Positions 1 through 13,141 of a stretch of DNA of 64,000 nt are shown here, one piece after another. The stretch is taken from contig NC_043005.1 in the NCBI RefSeq assembly GCF_006345805.1, forward strand, positions 87,358,001 to 87,422,000, given 5' to 3'. Numbering within the stretch: position 1 is the first letter of the stretch; every line of letters starts with the position of its first letter. The translations under genes and the position numbers were made by a program. The notes under the pieces were generated by a model. It worked only from the letters and a program-made list of their open reading frames with translations. It made no database searches and had not been told where the DNA came from. The stretch is from Octopus sinensis. Lineage: Eukaryota.

Positions 1-334
1 GGGATCGATAGTACCAGTTGCGTACTGGAGTCGGTCTAATCGACTGGAACCCTCCCTCAAATTTTCGGGCCTTGTGTCTAGAGTAGAAAAGAATATTTCA
101 GTATAGATTCTTGTTTTTCTTTCTTTTTGCCTATTATGTACTCCGGAATGGAAATGTTACTGTTTGTCTGTCGCGGATTTTCGTTTGCATCGTCCTCTTA
201 AATTAAAATAGGGTTTGATGTTGGTCTGAAGAAATGCTACTCAAATGTTTAAAATACAAATTTTACGCAATTTTTCACTTGGGGCATTGAAAGCAGAGTT
301 TGTACAGAAACAATTCTTTTATATTTAATCTGTT

Positions 335-560
335 ACTTTCCTCACTCATTGGACTGCGGCCATGCTGGGACACAGTCGACAAGAATATTTTAGTCGAATG
401 TATCGACACCAGGACATATTTTTAACGCCTGGTACTTATTATATCGGTCTACTCTGCCGACCCGCTAATTTACGGGGACGTAAACACACCAGCACTGGTT
501 GTCAAGCGGTGGTGCGGGCGGGGAGGTGGGGGACAAACGCAGACAGAAAGACACAAACAC
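335..560 (-). mobile_element. SINE family C, 3' body (partial)
   Basis: Carries gactgcggccatgctgg...tagtcga...gtacttatt..tatcggt...acggggacgtaaacacacc...ggttgtcaagcg, which recurs at ~6040-6200, 16900-17100, 17850-18060, 35480-35650 and 46970-47170. Confidence 0.75.
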
Positions 561-2610
561 ACGAAGGACTTCATTCTGATCAGAGCAGTTTTGGGCTCTA
601 AACAAGACCAACATCTTTATTGCTGTGGCCATTGTACAATATATAATCTTTTCGTCTCCGATCGCCACCACAACAGCCATAGAAATGAGAGTTGTAACAT
701 AAAAATAAGCTATTTGCACTGCAGCCAGTGTGTGTATGTGCATGTGTGGGGACGTTGGCAGCTTCTTTCTGAAGTTTCTAACATGGCGTTGTATGTGTTT
801 CGATGGGAAGTATTGGCAATCCGCCATTTCGTCTCTCGTTAAGGTAACTGTCAATATCGAAGGCGGTGATGTTGACTCTAATAATGTTGTTTATATTGAT
901 CATAATGTTGCTGAAAGTCATGATGAAAATGATTGCTATGGTCACTGTAACGATGATGATCATGAATATAAGGTAATGTAACCGTTGCTGACTTTTTCTA
1001 TTTCTAGTGAGCATGCGTAGGATGTGTCTTTATAAAGATCATTGGTTTCTATCATGAGTTTGCCAAGAGAAACTTATCAAGAATATTATTCTACAAAACT
1101 CAAGATTTTGCTTCGTATTGCTTACCTTCGAATGTACTATTTATGTCTCAAGTGACAGCTGCCTAAAGACAAGTTTGTCGAATGATATTGCTTAAACAAC
1201 GATATTTATCCACGACTAAGTTGTACGTGTATTTCAAAGTCAGAACGACTCTGACGTTACTTTGTTTCAAAGGAAAACTTGGAAAATTGATAAGAAGTCG
1301 AGAAATCTCATAAGGCCTCATATGTGTACTGGCTTTTAACAGTTCTTCCAGTTTATGGCATTTACATAAAATTAATTACATTTACCTTGATTAGAAAATG
1401 GTAAGTAGAGTTATTAGGAATATATTGTGTTGCTGCGGAGAAATAATGTCGTTAATTACGTCACTATAAGGAATGGCTACTGATGGAATGCTTAAGTGAT
1501 CTGCTTCAAATGTTACCGCAATTTTAATTAATGATTTCAAACTCTGAACAAGCCACTACTACGCTACCTTTAGGCTAGGTAGATAATCAGGTTGTATTAG
1601 TAGATGTGAGTAAGATATATGTCTAACTGTAGACCATAATTTCATTCAAGCTCTTAACAACCTAACTTCAGACGATGTAAACGATATTCTACGAAACGCT
1701 TGTTCCAAAAATTACTATACACACTTTGAAATTCAATTATTTAATTCAAGTTAACTTGAAATAAATACATTTCCAGAGGAAATAAATGATGACTTGGAAT
1801 GTTCTATGTTGATATAGAAGAGTTCTTGGAAAACTAAAGGTGTCACGCATGGCCCACTCCCCTAATAACCTGCATCGTGCCGCTTCAGCTTATTCAAACA
1901 TTACTATCTTTCAATATTATCTTTAAATAATAACTACGGATTGAATAACACACAGATCACTCACAGACACCTAACATTGGTCCATAGATGTGCTGGCTTA
2001 TCATTCTTTCTTGTTGATCTCTACTAGTGTCGCATTTGCTTTTCAGAGTTGTCGGTTCACGTACCTCACCCTCCATACACACCAAAGCATTTTGTTTCAT
2101 TCCTCGTTTCTCGTCTCGTCACTCATTCGCTATCCACTGGCGTTGCAATGAAACAATTTCCCAGTCTTTTATACTCAGATCACCGCGGTTATGAGATGAA
2201 TATAATGCAGAAAGCCAAAAAACTGCTGTATTGGTCAAAGCGTCTTCTGTAGACGCGTGCTCCATGGTCACTATAAACTTGTACCGATTACTACAATTTA
2301 GTTTCTATAAAACATAAACATGCTGTTGAATAGATTATAGTTTTGTCAAATAAACATAAAAAGTTTAAACCTGAAAAATGTATTATCACTAGAGGAAGAA
2401 TGGAAACAGTCTACCAGAAGTGAAAGGATTTGAACTCATAGAATAGAAGAAAGGCAATCAAATAAGAAAGATAGTTTAGACCGATGTTTTTTCCAGTTGT
2501 GAACATTGCTTCTCTGGAGTTGAAAAATAAAAACAAAACTGTTACATAGATGCAGGTAGCCTAGAAATCTACGAAATAAAAAAATTTATAGTATCCAAGT
2601 GCACGGGTGT

Positions 2611-2696
<86 letters not shown>

Positions 2697-2700
2697 ATAT

Positions 2701-2922
2701 TTCATTACTACCCACAAGGGCCTAAACATAGAGGGGACAAACAAGGACAGACAAAGGGATTAAGTAGATTACATCGACCCCAGTGCGTAACTGGTACCTA
2801 ATTTATCGACCCTGAAAGGATGAAAGGCAAAGTCGACCTCGGCGGAATTTGATCTCGGAACGTAACGACAGACGAAATACGGCTACGCATTTCGCCCGAC
2901 GTGCTAACGTTTCTGCCACCTC
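2701..2922 (-). mobile_element. SINE family A (tRNA-like head, Meta/MESC-like central domain)
   Basis: Reverse complement reads ggcagaaacgttagcac...aattccgccgaggtcgactttgcctttcatcctttc..ggtcgataaatta.gtaccag...; next to (TA)n; many copies in the window. Confidence 0.85.
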
Positions 2923-3499
2923 GTGTATGTATGTATGTATGTATGTATGTATGTATGTATATAAATATAACGAACGAAAGAAAGGGAAAAGAAAATACAG
3001 AGTGGTGTGCAAAAAAGTAATTCGAGATATATGCTTTTTATTAAGCTAAAATACATATCAGAGGGGGAAAAACATATCGCTTCTCTACAAACGCACTCTT
3101 TCCATAGAAAAATCGCCTGAAGCTTTGTGAAGCAGAAAATAAATAAGAGAAGATCTGAAATATTCCAGATTATTTCTAAACACGCAACAGTAGAAATCAC
3201 ATTTTCTATGTTTATATAGACTTTCTTCTACACAGTGGATTAATAAACAGAGTTTCAGCAATACTTTGAGCCAATAATATAACTTTTCCTACAAAATATT
3301 TCCGTAATATAGTCCTAAGAAAGACGTCTTCATGAGTGTAAAATAAAATTTGTATAGAGCAGTAAAAATATAACATGTTGATATAAATTTTAGGAACTGA
3401 CACTCTAAAATGTGACGTCTATATGTTCGTACATTTCGTAACTAGATTCTCACGAATGTATATATATATATATATATACACCCGTTGTTAATGTTCTGT

Positions 3500-3755
3500 T
3501 ATATGAATTTGTGTAACATTCTCCGTTTTTCCGTCCTTGTTTTCGTGTACATTCGCTGCTTTCTTCCAAGGAATCTAGGGCTCTTGGTTTAGTTTTTGAT
3601 TGGGGCTTGCCAGATTTGAGCAATCTCGAGTATAACCAGCCGACATTGCAAAAATAATCTGAAACTCGACTGAGGAAAGAAAATTCCGAATGACCCGTCC
3701 CTGTTTGCTTTGTATCTTCTATCTGAATGTTTTGATGTTTTGCGTTCTTGTACCA
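3500..3755. repeat. Unclassified interspersed repeat (copy 1)
   Basis: Diverged copy of 4520-4790 (gctttcttccaaggaatcta...gactga.ga...cgaatg.cc.gtcc...aatgttttgcgttcttgt). Confidence 0.7.
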
Positions 3756-3757
3756 GT

Positions 3758-3788
<31 letters not shown>

Positions 3789-4054
3789 ACTTTGGTATCA
3801 CTATGGTTTCGACACTTGGGTAGTACCATTCAATCCGGCGGTATAAACACCACTAAAATAAGTGTTGCTTGGGGACAGACACTCCTTTGATATCATCACA
3901 TTCATTCAATCTTAATTCGAGGAAGGGTTAAACACTAACAGTATTAATTAAATTACAACAATTTCCCGATATCTTTTTTGATCCTTCGATGTCGTCTCTT
4001 CTTTTCATTCTAAAAAGGCAGTATCGCCAAATTAATTATATAAGTAAACTATAC

Positions 4055-4091
<37 letters not shown>

Positions 4092-4519
4092 TATGTGAGC
4101 ACGCATCCTCTGCTAGTACGTTATATACATACATACATATATGACACTCTTTAAACTTGGTACGACTCTATAACACTGTCTCTCTCCCCCCTCTCCTATA
4201 TTTCTCTGCCTTTCACACTTTGCACTCTACTGTGATCTGTCTCTTTCTCTCTCTCTCTCTTCTCCTCCTCCTTTGTTCCTTGTTACCCTTTTTTCTCTCT
4301 TCATCTTTCCCTCTTTTCCTCTCTCTTCTCACACGTGACTAACTGACCGATTGCCGGCCTTTCGTGATTAGCAGTCCTCGCGGCAAGACACATTATTTTC
4401 TCTCTCAGCCCTAAGGCATTTTTCTAACACGCCAGCTCAAACTTTACTCGTCCTGTCGAAAAGACGCATGTCTGTGACGTCCTGTAAATGTTATTATTAT
4501 TATCATTATTGTTTTTACG

Positions 4520-4805
4520 TATTTTTGTATTCTTATTCGTGTAACATCGTCCGTTTTTCTGTCCTTGTTTTGTATACATTCGAGGCTTTCTTCCAAGGAA
4601 TCTAATGCGCTTGGCTTAGATTTGCCTTTTGGGCTGGCCGGATCGAAGCAATCTCAAGATTAATCAGCCGAAATTGCGAGGATGATCCGGTTTTTGACTG
4701 AAGATTGAAGGCTTCGAATGTCCTGTCCATGTTTTTCGTATCGTCTTCTAAATGTTTTGCGTTCTTGTCCCAGTTTGTATTTTTTTACATATACATATAT
4801 ATATA

Positions 4806-4841
<36 letters not shown>

Positions 4842-4908
4842 AGAAAAATATAAACTGGGACAAGAACGCGAAACATTTAGAAGACGATACAAAAAACACG
4901 GACGGGAC
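4520..4908. repeat. Unclassified repeat (copy 2) with an inverted partial copy across a (TA)n tract
   Basis: 4720-4790 is the near reverse complement of 4838-4908; (TA)n lies between them. Confidence 0.75.
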
Positions 4909-5135
4909 TTCATAGGATCATGTTCACATGTCACAAAATACCTGTTTACGGTTTTGGGACACCCAAGATCACAGCTAGAGTCAACAATTTTACTATACTC
5001 CTGCTCAAGCTTTCCCATATATTTTAACTGCCATCATTTTTAAAATCTATATTTCTTATACATTTTTTTCGATTTTTCCCTATTTAATGGTGTGAATGTG
5101 TACGTGTCTGTGTAAATGTATGTATATATATATAT

Positions 5136-5330
5136 TCTTTTTTACTCTAGTGACAAGGCCTGAAGGTTTGGGGTAGGGTACCCGTCGATGAGATCGACCC
5201 CAGTATGCAGCTGGTACTTCATTTAGCGACGCAGAAGAGATGAAAAGCAAAGTTGATCTTGGAGGAATTTGAAATCAGAACGTAAAGACAGACGAAATAC
5301 CTATTTCTTTACTAACCACAAGGGGCTCTG
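5136..5330 (-). mobile_element. SINE family A, degenerate, with a tail-to-head junction
   Basis: atcgaccccagt...ggtacttcatttagcgac..gatgaaaagcaaagttgatcttggaggaatttgaa; then gacgaaatacctatttctttact. Confidence 0.75.
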
Positions 5331-6226
5331 AGGGTTCGACAAGAAATTGGCTATCAACCACATAGATGATTTTTTTTTATAGCGATCAAAATATAACTCC
5401 CTCCATCAAATCGACATTAGCTGTACAGGTGCACCATGTGCCACATGTCAGATAACGAAACCATTGCAGAGCAGCGTGAGATGAAGTGGTCTGCGAACAC
5501 AAGGCAACGCCTGGTCTCGGAATCGAAACCACTATCTCGCAATCCTGACTAAAACATCTAAACCACTAAGCTATGTGCCACCACATATATATGTGTGCGG
5601 GTGTGTGTGTGCGGGGGTGTGGTGCGTGTGTGTGTAACAATATCTATTTCAACACAAGATTTCGCACCACGAATCTTTCAAATCAAATTTATTAACGTAT
5701 TATTAGTTAATAAATCGTATGGTATACAGGATGTAGTTTACGGGTAAAGCACGTTCACAGGCTTACTGTTCGTTGGGCGTGAGATTAACAAGACAGACGA
5801 AGATGGAAAATACGATAAAGTTTATTGATCACTATAATTATTTCAATCCATCTAGCATCGATCCCTCACGGGTGGGATGCTGAGTATTTGGTTAGAAATG
5901 TGTCCATCGGTGAAGATGTGTGTTTCTATGTGTGTGTGTGCGTGCGTGCTTGCGTGTGTTTAACTTTGTGTCTGTCTTCCGCCTTGCTTGACAACCAGTA
6001 TTTCAGTCATCAGATTGCGGCCTGACATAGATTCGACATGAAGAATTCCCACTTGAACGATCGACCCAAGTACTTAAGTTTTTAAAGCATGCTAATTCTA
6101 TGGCTTTCTTTTGCCGAACCACTAAGTTGCAGCGAAGTTAATACACTAGCACCGGTTGCCAAGTAGTGATGGTGGTGGTGGGGAAACACAGACACAATCA
6201 CATACATACCATATATAACTATGGTA

Positions 6227-6456
6227 AGGCGGCGAGCTGGCAGAAACGTTAGCACGCCGGGCGAAATGCATAGCCGTATATCGTCTGTCGTTACGTTCGG
6301 AGTTCAAATTCCGCCGAGGTCCACTTTGCCTTTCATCCTTTCGGGGTCGATTAATCAAGTACCAGTCGACTGGTATCAATATAATCGACTTAACCCCTTT
6401 GTCTGTCCTTGTTTGTCCCCTCTATGTTTAGCACCTTGTGGGTAGTAAAAGAAATA
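6227..6456 (+). mobile_element. SINE family A, near full length
   Basis: ggcggcgagctggcagaaacg (A-box-like)...gagttcaaattcc (B-box-like)...gcctttcatcctttcggggtcgatt...gtagtaaaagaaata tail. Confidence 0.9.
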
Positions 6457-8239
6457 TACATAATTATGGTATGTTCTGTTAGGAACTTGGCAGAGTACAG
6501 TATAAAGCTCATCCACCCTTATAATTACTAACAGTATCCGGTACCACTATTATATACTTCCAGGTTTTTGTTTGGGCATTCGTGTGTGAATATCAAATTG
6601 AAGAAATTCGAGTCGACAAGAAGGGGGACAGTTATTTTTTTAATCACTACAATTGTTTTCCCGCAATGTAGTTCTCCAAAAATACAAGAATTTGATTATG
6701 CAAGCGTATATTTGAGCAATGAGATCCAGTTGTGTTTCCGCAGGTGATATTCAAGTGTTGTCTCCACTAGTTTGAAATCCTTGACTTCAAGGCCAATCCT
6801 TCCTTCCGTCTGTCCGCCCGTCCGCCTGTCTTGATTTGAATTTTAAAGCAGTTGGTAGATTCATACTGTTGGTTACCAGGCTGTGTTATATACAAACCGG
6901 TGTATATCTGCCTTTATACACACACAGACTCACCCATATCCCATCATCACACATAAACAAACCTACGTATATATGCCTAGATGCACACACAGATACATGT
7001 TTGTAGTTATGCATCTGTGTGTGTGTGTATATATAGAAGTATTATTATATTTGTGTTTTATATACTTGCCCAAGATGCCACGCAATAGGACTGAACTGTG
7101 TGGTTGGGGTGGAAAATTCTTACCACACAGCCTTATACTTATACGTATGTATATGTACACACACACACACACACTCACATATATATATATATATATATTC
7201 CACGAATATATAGAGATATATACATGTTTACATCTCCGTCAATTTCGCTTTTGCACCTCTGTGACACCAGAGAAGAAAATTAAACTAAATTGCGAAACAC
7301 TAATTAACGATGTGGTTTCACAATTTGATAGTTTTAGCGACTTTTTTTATATATTTCAAATAACGAGAATATTATTGATAGACGAGAGAAAAACTGTAGT
7401 AACACTTCTACGAGGAGTTTATCTTTCTTAAGTATTTTTTCGTTTATTCATTGTGTCAATGGGAACAATAATATAAATTTTCATGACATTTAAAACTTTC
7501 ATTTATTTGTTCAAATACTATTTTCCTTAACACTCTCAAGCTGATTTACATTACTATTCGGGATGTAGCATCGATTCAAGTATTATATCTTTGTATCAAT
7601 TTAAGTGTAAGCTATTGATTTTTATTATAAAAAAATAATGATAGTCACAAGTATTTCTATAGTAGCATTAGAAATGGTGATAACAGTAATAACAGAGGGA
7701 GAGAAAATGAGAGAATAAGTGAGAGGGAAAGATATCAACAGACATCAATTCCTAGTAAAAATACTACAATAATCAGCTGCATTAATTTCGGCACCGAACT
7801 CATGTATTTCTATTGAAAGAACAGACGTTATATTTACATATTCCACCTCTAAGAAAGAACATATAGATTCGGTAAAGTTTTTTCATATGATACATACATG
7901 CACATGCATACGCATATGTGTAAATACATATAGGTATAAACATATAAATATATATAGGTATATATGTATATATGTGTAGGTATGCATGTGTATATACATG
8001 TGTAATGCATATGTATGCACGTACGTATGTATGTATGTATGTATGTATGTATGTATGTATGTATGTATGTATGTATGTATGTATCTATGTATGAGGTCTC
8101 GAGTCTTAAAACTTGTGGAGGATTTTATATTTTGTAACATTTATTAAAATAACCAACACGGTTTCAATAATATTTTTGTTTTTCAATGGTAGCTAAAAAA
8201 ATGTTTAGGCGGGATCGGAGGTACAGAGGGAAATTCAGA

Positions 8240-8396
8240 AAGCATGCTTAAAACATCAAATGTTCGTACATATATATACAAACATGCATACATACATACA
8301 CACACACAAACACACACACATATATATATATGTATGTATGTATGTATGTGTATGTATATATATGTATTTATAAGTATATATATATATGCATATAAG

Positions 8397-8449
<53 letters not shown>

Positions 8450-8520
8450 GTATATATATATGTATATATATATGTATATATATATGTATTTATATATATG
8501 TATATATATGTATTTATATA
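8240..8520. repeat. (TA)n/(TATG)n/(CA)n compound microsatellite
   Basis: Directly visible. Confidence 0.95.
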
Positions 8521-8522
8521 AA

Positions 8523-8755
8523 TATTTCTTTACTACCCACAAGGGGCTAAATACAGAGGAGACAAACAAGGACAGACAAACGGATTAAGTCGATTAGATC
8601 GACCCCAGTGCGTAACTGGTACTTAATTTATCGACCCCAAAAGGATGAAAGGCAAAGTCGACCTCGGCAGAATTTGAACTCAGAACGTAGCCGCAGACGA
8701 AATACCGCTAAGCATTTCGCCCGGCGTGCTAACGTTTCAGCCAGCTCGCTGCCTT
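8523..8755 (-). mobile_element. SINE family A, near full length
   Basis: Reverse complement of the 6227-6456 copy; flanked by TA microsatellites. Confidence 0.9.
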
Positions 8756-9051
<296 letters not shown>

Positions 9052-9403
9052 CCAGCTAGCTCCCACCCTAATGACATAACTCAGCTTAACCCACAGCTCC
9101 ATACATATAAACGCAGAGCACCAATTGGCTTCCTTACCAACACTAACCGTCATAATTCCAACATAATTCCACTAACACCCGATCCTTTTATTTACCAAAG
9201 GCCCAACTATACATCAGGCAAAAAAAGAACGATACAGACGATACCACCGAACGTAATAACTATCATGTTATAAACCCCACAAGAACTTCAACTCCTTAAC
9301 AAATGCTAATCGGAGCACCAGGAATAATAACGAACCTAACACTGGTTCCTAACTAAATAACAATCTCTTTACAAATTCTTCCGGAACACCCCCTATAAAC
9401 CTA

Positions 9404-9744
9404 TGCAGCTTCAAACGTCCAGCATCCTATCCTTTAGATAATCATTGTCTCACGAAAAGCATCGTTAACAAATGTACAGTATCAGCTGCCAATTGTAACT
9501 ATATATATATATAGGCTCGTGCAGCACCGCCTTCAAAGCAAGAGTGAGCAATCACTATTGTAATTTCAAGTCCCAACAAAATCCAACTCTTTACACTCTC
9601 AAGCAGTCCATAGTCATCGACGCCAAGCCATAGAGCGACTATAATAATAAATGTGACCTTTGTATAGCCGATGCTTTAGCTATTATGCAATCCACGGAGT
9701 GTCTCAATGAACGCAGCAGTATAATTTTTACCTGCAAACATTGA
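9404..9744 (+). pseudogene. Penelope-like element GIY-YIG endonuclease remnant (Naiad-like CCHH type)
   Basis: Manual translation: CSFKRPASYPLDNHCLTKSIVNKCTVSAANCNYIYI/(+2 frameshift)GSCSTAFKARVSNHYCNFK...AKP*SDYNNKCDLCIADALAIMQSTECLNERSSIIFTCKH*. This matches the PLE EN pattern C-x-C..CPL..CL...VYK.TV...YIG....FK.R..NH...F...KP.....C.LC..E...I....LN.R.....C.H. Confidence 0.8.
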
Positions 9745-10455
9745 TCACTAAATCTATTCTCGAAATACAAATAACAATGCCCCCACCTGCATCTTTTCCC
9801 TTAGACTTTTCCCCATTATTTACTCTTAAACCACTATAAATTAAACCACAGATATATACCCATTAATTTCTCTTTAATTCCTTATTGTCGTTTATCTGTC
9901 CTTACCAGTTACACCCCTTTTCTCTTATTTCACCTGCCTCCGCCTTTTTATTCGCTTTGTAAACGCACAAGTACTTACGCCCACCTACATCTCTACTACT
10001 TCATTCTGTAAACACACGCGCCGCACACCACAATATACATTCCTTAATTGATAATTAGCAGTTGTCGCTACAATTCTACCCAATTCTCTCTTAATTTCTA
10101 TTTCTAATACTACCCAATCCCTTCATGCATACATTCTCTCACCCCCTGACTACAAATATTTCCCCACCTCTTCCCTCCGCACTACCTTCTTTTCAAATAC
10201 CACTCCGCTTGCTAATCTCTGTGATTCGGCCAAAATAGCTTTATTGAATACAACCGGTCAAATGACTTTGCTTAACGTCTTCGTTCTTCCCACTCCCCGA
10301 TGCTTTATTTATTTTATTCTCCCTTCCTCTCCTCTAATTTTCTCTCTCCATTTCCATTCTCTAATCTTACTGTGCTCTTTGCACATTCTGATCGAACTCT
10401 CCATCTGTTAACATGTATCACTTTGCCACAATGTAAACTTCCCTTTAATCAAGTT

Positions 10456-10550
10456 ATCCTTGGCCTGACGAGTAGCCTGTGGTATACACCTCGCATGGAT
10501 ATTGAGCACTTCCGAGGTTCCGCTCACTATGAAGCATATGTAGCCAGGAT
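10456..10550 (+). ncRNA. Type I hammerhead ribozyme candidate with extended stem II
   Basis: atccttggc-CTGACGA-gtag...(acctcg/cgaggt hairpin)...ctat-GAAG-catatg-TA-gccaggat. Stem I pairs with one bulge, helix III is palindromic, and 15.1 is G instead of A. Confidence 0.55.
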
Positions 10551-10759
10551 TTTATCCACTCCATTATTTGACTCTTGTATTCTTTTTTGCAATCCCCGGT
10601 TACCTACGGTAAAATATGAAAAGAACTTTTTTCAATTTATCAAACTTCAATAAGAAAAAAATCCGCAACGTTCCGTCTCAATAAAATACTATTGTCCCTG
10701 GATTCTCTGTAATATTTAATACGGATTACTCAAAGCCAACTTTCTTCCTACATCTCGAT

Positions 10760-10845
10760 CTAGCCAAAAATTGATTTCGACTTATACTTATATCTTTAGA
10801 TATATAAACAAATCATTTCACTTACATAAGTCTCATCAGAGCTAG
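10760..10845 (-). ncRNA. Hammerhead-like motif (left arm of inverted repeat)
   Basis: Reverse complement: ctagct-CTGATGA-gacttat...ataagtc-GAAA-tcaattt-TT-ggctag. Confidence 0.5.
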
Positions 10846-11413
10846 GGTTTAAAGATAGACGAAATTCCGTGTAAAAGGACGGCTGGATAGTAAATAATTA
10901 ATCCAAATGCTTATGTATTATGAGCGTAAGTGTTACATTTTTCAACTACAGAGCAATTACGATTAAAAAACAACATAATTATAACGGACACAATAATTAA
11001 GTAGAATCTACAACTATCGAAATATATTTCTATATATCTCAAATAATATTAATCAAAACTCGGTTAGATTGAAGACAATCTTTCGCTATTTTAATAACAT
11101 ACAAACATATATAGGTATATAAATTAAGTATCAGTGTTTTACTTAATCTAGAAACCAATAAAATGTGTAAACAATATAAATGATAATTATATTGGTAATA
11201 TATATATAAAAAAACACTTTCATTTATATAAAAAGTTATTGGCATAAAAAAGATTGTTTAAAATAAAAAATAAAAATTGTTCTTTATTTAGTTTATCGGA
11301 GGGAAATTTCCGTCATAAATATGAAAAGAACCTTAGAAAAATGTTCTTTGTTTACTTAATTAATCGTAGAGAGAATTCCATAATAAATATGAATTTCGTC
11401 TATGTTCAAACCT

Positions 11414-11495
11414 TAGCTCTGATGAGACTTATGTAAGTGAATTGAATTCTTTATATATCAAAATTTGTATATAAGTCGAAACAAATTGTTGACTA
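11414..11495 (+). ncRNA. Hammerhead-like motif (right arm of inverted repeat)
   Basis: tagct-CTGATGA-gacttat..38 nt..ataagtc-GAAA-caaattg-TT-gacta; perfect 7-bp stem II, imperfect stem I. Confidence 0.5.
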
Positions 11496-11739
11496 TTTTT
11501 GTCTTACAATGATTTTTTTGTTATATTATATTATATCCAGAGTATATTATTATACTATTATATATGTAAATTATTGGATTGTCAACTGTTTCTCTCTAAT
11601 TTATTGTTTGTAATTTGCATTACATCCATATTTTTGTGGCATTCAACTGACGTACAAGAGAATAGGAGGTTTTACACACCTCTTTGAAGGAATTCTTTTC
11701 CTTAATTCGTTACTATATATGCCATGTTGATTCGCTAGC

Positions 11740-11929
11740 TTCTGCACGCATTTTTTTTCTCTCCTTGTTTCTTTCCGTGTTTCTTTTCTGTGTATCTTTC
11801 TGTTGAAGAGCGTAGGCTCGAAACGTAAAAGACTTGTTTTATTTATATTCCTGAGCGCCATACTAATACAATTGTTTGTTTGTATTCTACCTGCCTTCGT
11901 CTTTTGTTTATTTTCATAAAGCTTCCCGT

Positions 11930-11930
<1 letters not shown>
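11740..11930 (+). mobile_element. Short PLE-associated/SINE-like repeat carrying a minimal HHR-like motif (11795-11833)
   Basis: tcttt-CTGTTGA-a-gagc gtag gctc-GAAA-cg-TA-aaaga; inverted copies at 23730-23950 and 61885-62070; abuts (TA)n. Confidence 0.65.
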
Positions 11931-11960
<30 letters not shown>

Positions 11961-12948
11961 GGTGGGTTTGTTTTTAGTTTTCGTCTGCCTAACCAGCTCA
12001 GATTCTTTAGCTGACCAGAGGCTATAGTGGATATCACCTGCCCTTGTTTCCATGCCGTTGAAGAGCAAACTTCTTACTTCTCAGCCGTACATTATGTCTG
12101 AATATAGACGAAAATTTACAGGAAAAAAGCACCAGATGATTTCCAACCAAGTGAAAACATTTCTATCACTGAATGGGTGATATCAGGCCGAAGCATCTGT
12201 CTCATGGAGGGATGAAGTTTATTGGAGGCTCAGTATGATTTTCTTGAAACGGAATATATCTTCAGAACTATTTTTCTCCGGGTTAAAATACAACAATGAA
12301 CATATTTTAATCTATGGTGAGTGCAGTGCTTACGCACCCATAATCATACACACGCACACACACAGATACACACACAGGCGCACATACATACAAACTTACT
12401 TATACTCCATTTACTTTAGGTTATTATAAATGAAATGGCGTATGTATACTTAAGTTTGCGATACGTAAAACATTGGTCTCACTTCTTTGAATGTTGGTCC
12501 ATCCATCATGCGTATATGTATCGGTTTATATCTATAACTTAAAACATCAAGCTCACATACACACACAAAAAAACACACACACATACACACAAACATATGT
12601 ATAAACATGAATAACTTTCAGACGTAACACCATATTTAATCTGCTTTTCCAAAATATTTCTGCGCCAAAACACACGCGTTAACCTCATTACTACTCCACA
12701 CAAACCCACATACCCAAAGAAGATTTAAACCCCACACAGACTTTATAAACCCAATATTAAAATCAATGCCTCGAATTCCGTCGACGTCTTGGTTGGTCGA
12801 AGCTTCATTGTCGCTCTCAACTATATTATTCATTAAGAATAATATATATATAGAGAGAGAGAGAGACATAAGTACACACATATCCGGCATAAATATATAC
12901 ATACATACAAACTCATATATCATCATATCATCATGCATACACACACAC

Positions 12949-13022
<74 letters not shown>

Positions 13023-13141
13023 TGGACAACTAGAGAGGGAGAGTAATAAATACATCTACAAGGGGGAAAAATCACTCAGCAAGTTTTTACAAGATTTATG
13101 GCACCCTTGTATGAATAAAGCGGCCATGAATGCATACACGA

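Noticed and set aside
730-981. Asp/Asn-rich ORF
   Set aside because: Degenerate (GAT/AAT)n trinucleotide repeat.
3664-3700. CTGAGGA...GAAT here and CTGAAGA...GAAT at 4698-4722 as hammerheads
   Set aside because: No convincing stem I or III in either copy; a family consensus would be needed.
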